Source: a virus
IMG/VR virus record: IMGVR_UViG_3300049719_000158
Location: 25,732-89,731 of that record
Reading direction: 5' to 3' (one strand)
Length of the DNA stretch: 64,000 nt
Every line of letters begins with the position of its first letter. Position 1 is the first letter of the stretch. Both the position numbers and the translations under genes were made by a program. Below the pieces are notes generated by a model. It did not search any database. It had not been told where the DNA came from and saw only the letters and a program-made list of their open reading frames with translations. This document shows, one piece after another, positions 60,774-64,000 of this stretch.

Positions 60774-61535
60774 TCACGATTGAAGTCCATCGTTATCGCA
60801 AACAGACCACTCACGCGCGTGCTGCTTCACTTCATCGGCTTGTTCTGCAATTTCTTCGTCAAATCTTCTATTGGCTTCTTCAACGATTTTCTTTGTTGCC
60901 GAACTTCCCACCCGCGTTGCTCCTGCGTTCAAAAACATCTCGACTTGTTCAAGCGTCTTGATGCCTCCTGACGCCTTCACTTGACACTTTGAACCCTCAC
61001 ACCACTTTGACATGAGCTCAATGTCATACAGCGTTGCACCGTGTGAAGCAAATCCCGTTGACGTCTTCACAAAGTCAGCGTTCGTCTTCACAGCCAATTG
61101 ACATAGCATTTGAATGTAATCACCGGTGTTGCACGTCTCAAAGATCACCTTGACGATGCCGCTACGAGCGTGAACGGCGTTGTGTAAGCGTTCCATTTCA
61201 CAAGCCACAGCGTACCAATCACCATTGAGCACGTTCGACGTGTTGATGACGTAGTCAATTTCGTCAGCGCCGTGATCTAACGCTAACGTCGCTTCGTACT
61301 CTTTTGTGTGCAAACACGAGTTGCCATGTGGAAATCCAACGACGCTTGCGAGCTTCACGCAATCACCAACATAGCGCTTTGCTGCTTGCATGTCGCATGG
61401 CTTCACACACGCTGACGCCACCTCGAACGTGACTGCAACGTCGAGTCCATCCTCAAGCTCCTGTTGCGTCAAGTGAGGAGCGAGAATTGCGTGATCAATC
61501 GTTGATGCTATTTTTTCAGGAGTTCTCATTTTCAT
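60774..61535 (-). CDS. deoC: Deoxyribose-phosphate aldolase with appended MazE-like tail
   Basis: IDHAIL, VVGFPHG, GADEID, KVIFE, FVKTSTGF, VKASGGI, R.G.S. Confidence 0.95.
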   Translation of the reverse strand: MKMRTPEKIASTIDHAILAPHLTQQELEDGLDVAVTFEVASACVKPCDMQAAKRYVGDCVKLASVVGFPHGNSCLHTKEYEATLALDHGADEIDYVINTSNVLNGDWYAVACEMERLHNAVHARSGIVKVIFETCNTGDYIQMLCQLAVKTNADFVKTSTGFASHGATLYDIELMSKWCEGSKCQVKASGGIKTLEQVEMFLNAGATRVGSSATKKIVEEANRRFDEEIAEQADEVKQHAREWSVCDNDGLQS

Positions 61536-62068
61536 TATTCCTTGTTCAACATTGCAATCGCTCTTTTGACATCGTACGGCGTGAGCCCGTATTTCGCTGA
61601 CGTCTGCGCTAAGTTGCCACGCAGCGTTCCCATGTCATCATCGTCGTCGAGTATGACAAACGAAATGTCCTCGCCAGGAAGCAGCATTGCGTCGTACATC
61701 CACTCGCTTATTTCCTCTCCACGAATGGCACCACACAATTCTGGAGTCATTGACGTGACTTCACCGACAAATCCATGATACTCTAACGCGTCTATCAAAT
61801 CGTCAACGTTTCTTCCCAGGCGCCACGAAGACGATATGACGACTTTTGCACCTGTCTTCTCAATTATTTGGTTCAGCAACATGACTTTTGTGCGATCAAT
61901 CATACGCAAATCGCTAACATCGACGTTTGAACTTGCGTGTTCACACCTAAACTTGTGCTCCCGTTGTGTCAACGGCCCTTCGAACCATCCTTCACGCTCC
62001 AAAAATGGAGTTGAGTTCAACACACCATCAAAATCAAGAAAAATTATCTTCGTTGTCAATATGTACAC
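61535..62068 (-). CDS. HAD-domain protein (Swiss-Army-knife RNA-repair-like)
   Basis: IFLDFDGVLN, ISSSWR, RG.EI, FVILDD, GLT. Confidence 0.85.
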   Translation of the reverse strand: MYILTTKIIFLDFDGVLNSTPFLEREGWFEGPLTQREHKFRCEHASSNVDVSDLRMIDRTKVMLLNQIIEKTGAKVVISSSWRLGRNVDDLIDALEYHGFVGEVTSMTPELCGAIRGEEISEWMYDAMLLPGEDISFVILDDDDDMGTLRGNLAQTSAKYGLTPYDVKRAIAMLNKE

Positions 62069-62539
62069 TTAACACTTCTTTCCGTGCATGTGAGGGCGGG
62101 AAACGTTATACGCGTGTTTGACGTTCACTGCTCTTTCGAGATCAACGTTCATTGCTTTTGCGTCATCAACGAGCATAAGGAATATATCAGCGAACTCCTC
62201 TTCAACACACGTCAACGCAGGCAAGCCCAATGCCTTCAATTTTTCGCTCTTGTCACAAGGCTCAAATAACTTTCCTGCTCGATAAGCTTCCCACACTTCA
62301 CTGATTTCAGTGTGCAAATTCATCATCCACACGGCGAGATTTTCTTGCAACGACTTGTTTTGATCGTCGTCGTGAAAGCCATGTTCTACGCAATTTTGAT
62401 AGTTACGAGACGCCCACGCATTGATCGAGTTATCGTACACGTTGTGATACGCATGTGTACAGTAACGCAGGCTACCTAAAATCCATGCGGGTAATCGCTT
62501 TTCAGGAGTCGTTGAGCCACATTGTGGACACTTTATCAT
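62069..62539 (-). CDS. MazG-like NTP pyrophosphohydrolase
   Basis: H.EISE..E, EEEFAD, K..YN..RP..HGK. Confidence 0.85.
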   Translation of the reverse strand: MIKCPQCGSTTPEKRLPAWILGSLRYCTHAYHNVYDNSINAWASRNYQNCVEHGFHDDDQNKSLQENLAVWMMNLHTEISEVWEAYRAGKLFEPCDKSEKLKALGLPALTCVEEEFADIFLMLVDDAKAMNVDLERAVNVKHAYNVSRPHMHGKKC

Positions 62540-63045
62540 TTTACCTCACCTTGATAATATACACCTGTCGTTATCACGTTCAAAATGTTGGTGCAAAAAT
62601 AGACGGTGCCAAAGATCAACGTGTCGCCTGCGATTTGACTGCTGCAACCCACATATGCATTTCCGCTCACGCTGACATGGCCTCCGATTCGAGCGTTTCC
62701 GTAGACGTTAGACTTCCCGAACACCTTTGCGTGTTCCATAATCTGTGCGTCATCGTACAATCGAGCGTCACCGTAGACTTCAGCGTGGCCCTTGACGTAC
62801 ACTCGTTGGAATATCTTCGCGTTACCGTACACCACGGCGGTTCGCTCGACATACGCAGTGGGTGCAACGGCCGCAGTGTCAGCAACCCACCCACCGAGCG
62901 TGTCATCGTTGTTCAAGTGTCGACGAGCACACACTGCGCCATTACCATCCTTAAAGTCGTGTTTTAGCGCACAATCTTCTGCGAACGACATTGACGACAA
63001 AGACGCAGCGATTAGGAAACTTGATGCGAGCGAAGTGAACTTCAT
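62536..63045 (-). CDS. Signal-peptide-bearing hexapeptide-repeat (left-handed beta-helix) protein
   Basis: Hydrophobic N-terminus ending SFA; A.VYG[ND] hexapeptide repeats. Confidence 0.75.
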   Translation of the reverse strand: MKFTSLASSFLIAASLSSMSFAEDCALKHDFKDGNGAVCARRHLNNDDTLGGWVADTAAVAPTAYVERTAVVYGNAKIFQRVYVKGHAEVYGDARLYDDAQIMEHAKVFGKSNVYGNARIGGHVSVSGNAYVGCSSQIAGDTLIFGTVYFCTNILNVITTGVYYQGEVK

Positions 63046-63136
63046 GTTGTAACCTCTTTTCTTATAGAGACATTACACCATAAGTTACAAATTGTACAAG
63101 AGAAATAATCAAATTACGAAGTCAGTGACGTTGCGT

Positions 63137-63613
63137 CTACATCGAAAGGTGCAACGTTTGCATCGTCAAAATTGTCAAGCAAGTTTCCGGTAAATCATTT
63201 ATTATTGATAACATTTTCTCTACATCACACACTTCGTTTGCAAAGTCAGGATCGCTCTCTAAGCGCGCCGCTGTGTCAGCGAGCATAGCGGGAAGAGTTG
63301 TTACAAGTCGTGATTTTTCTTCGTCTTGCTTTTGTGTTATTGTGTCAATGGCACGTTGTTTTGCGTCATCAATTCCTGTCGCCATGTTTATCAATTTTTC
63401 TTTGAGGTGAACGTTGATACCAGGAGCTATCTCGACGCTCTTATAACAACCCTCCGGAACAATCTCTTTTTCTGCGATTTCAACGATCTGCGCATTGTCT
63501 GCGGCGTCTTTATATGATAAAGCAACGTTGTACATGTAGAAAATATAAGACGCAGGAGAGATTATGAAATATCGTATTGTTTGATTGCATTTATGACCGC
63601 GCAGACTGAACAA
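63137..63613 (-). CDS. Hypothetical protein
   Basis: 158-aa ORF, start uncertain. Confidence 0.45.
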   Translation of the reverse strand: MFSLRGHKCNQTIRYFIISPASYIFYMYNVALSYKDAADNAQIVEIAEKEIVPEGCYKSVEIAPGINVHLKEKLINMATGIDDAKQRAIDTITQKQDEEKSRLVTTLPAMLADTAARLESDPDFANEVCDVEKMLSIINDLPETCLTILTMQTLHLSM

Positions 63614-63626
63614 TCGAAAATTTACT

Positions 63627-63854
63627 TCAATTTCTACGTTGCAACAAATATACCTTGTTTTGTGTTGCTATCATTTCTATTTCATAATGTTTCGCTTCGT
63701 CTATATCATTATATTCACACAAAATAGTTCTTAACATCCCGAAACGATTTGTAGGGTCAAAATGTGGATTAGTATTTGATGGAGGTATTTCTCCAGGGAT
63801 GATTAATTCTTTCTTGTTTTCCAATATATGCTGCGCGAGCTTCAAATTGTTCAT
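63627..63854 (-). CDS. Hypothetical protein
   Basis: 75-aa ORF. Confidence 0.45.
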   Translation of the reverse strand: MNNLKLAQHILENKKELIIPGEIPPSNTNPHFDPTNRFGMLRTILCEYNDIDEAKHYEIEMIATQNKVYLLQRRN

Positions 63855-63873
63855 TTGTGATTACTGTGTCAAC

Positions 63874-64000
63874 GTCAAATAGTCATCCCACGAGGGGATG
63901 ACCTTGGCACGAACCCGCGGGTGGCATCACCCGCGCTTCGACCGTCGACACGCGTTTGATCGCGTGACGTTTGGGCAATTGACTGGGTGAATTTGAATTC
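63874..64000 (-). mobile_element. Right end and omegaRNA 3' region of a second IS200/IS605 element (continues beyond the window)
   Basis: gtcaaatagtcatcccacgaggggatRaccttggcacgaac shared with 59957-59997. Confidence 0.85.

Noticed and set aside
60774-60860. Shared tail as an assembly chimera
   Set aside because: The two copies differ at many synonymous positions, so they are not a duplicated read
1-64000. CRISPR array, tRNA or rRNA genes
   Set aside because: No regularly spaced repeats or cloverleaf/T-loop signatures recognised by eye; tRNAscan was not run
1-64000. Stop-codon recoding
   Set aside because: Core genes are long and intact in the standard code and end in TAA, TAG or TGA; in-frame stops are confined to decayed endonucleases

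Overview
This 64-kb window looks like part of a large (jumbo-type) tailed dsDNA phage genome, with most genes on the minus strand. It carries replication, recombination and nucleotide-metabolism genes: a split DnaE with two mini-inteins, DnaB/gp41 helicase, RecA, gp32-like SSB, 5'-3' exonuclease, NrdJ, ThyX, dCMP deaminase, kinases, a dimeric dUTPase/dCTPase, MazG and DeoC. Also present are stress genes (SOD, Dps, HSP20), many intact or decayed homing endonucleases, and two related IS200/IS605 ends. The main candidates for new biology are: (1) a possible pentose DNA-hypermodification pathway (gp42-like dCMP hydroxymethylase, GT-B transferase, UDP-xylose synthase, UXE-like epimerase); (2) a conserved MazE-antitoxin-like C-terminal peptide on two unrelated proteins; (3) a fractured dnaE whose junction carries a Hint-like remnant that cannot splice; (4) a set of genes sharing an ATAnTTA upstream motif and an 'MKLxxxQLRxIIxE' leader, suggesting capsid-packaged cargo. 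All family calls come from recognising motifs by eye; no database searches were run.
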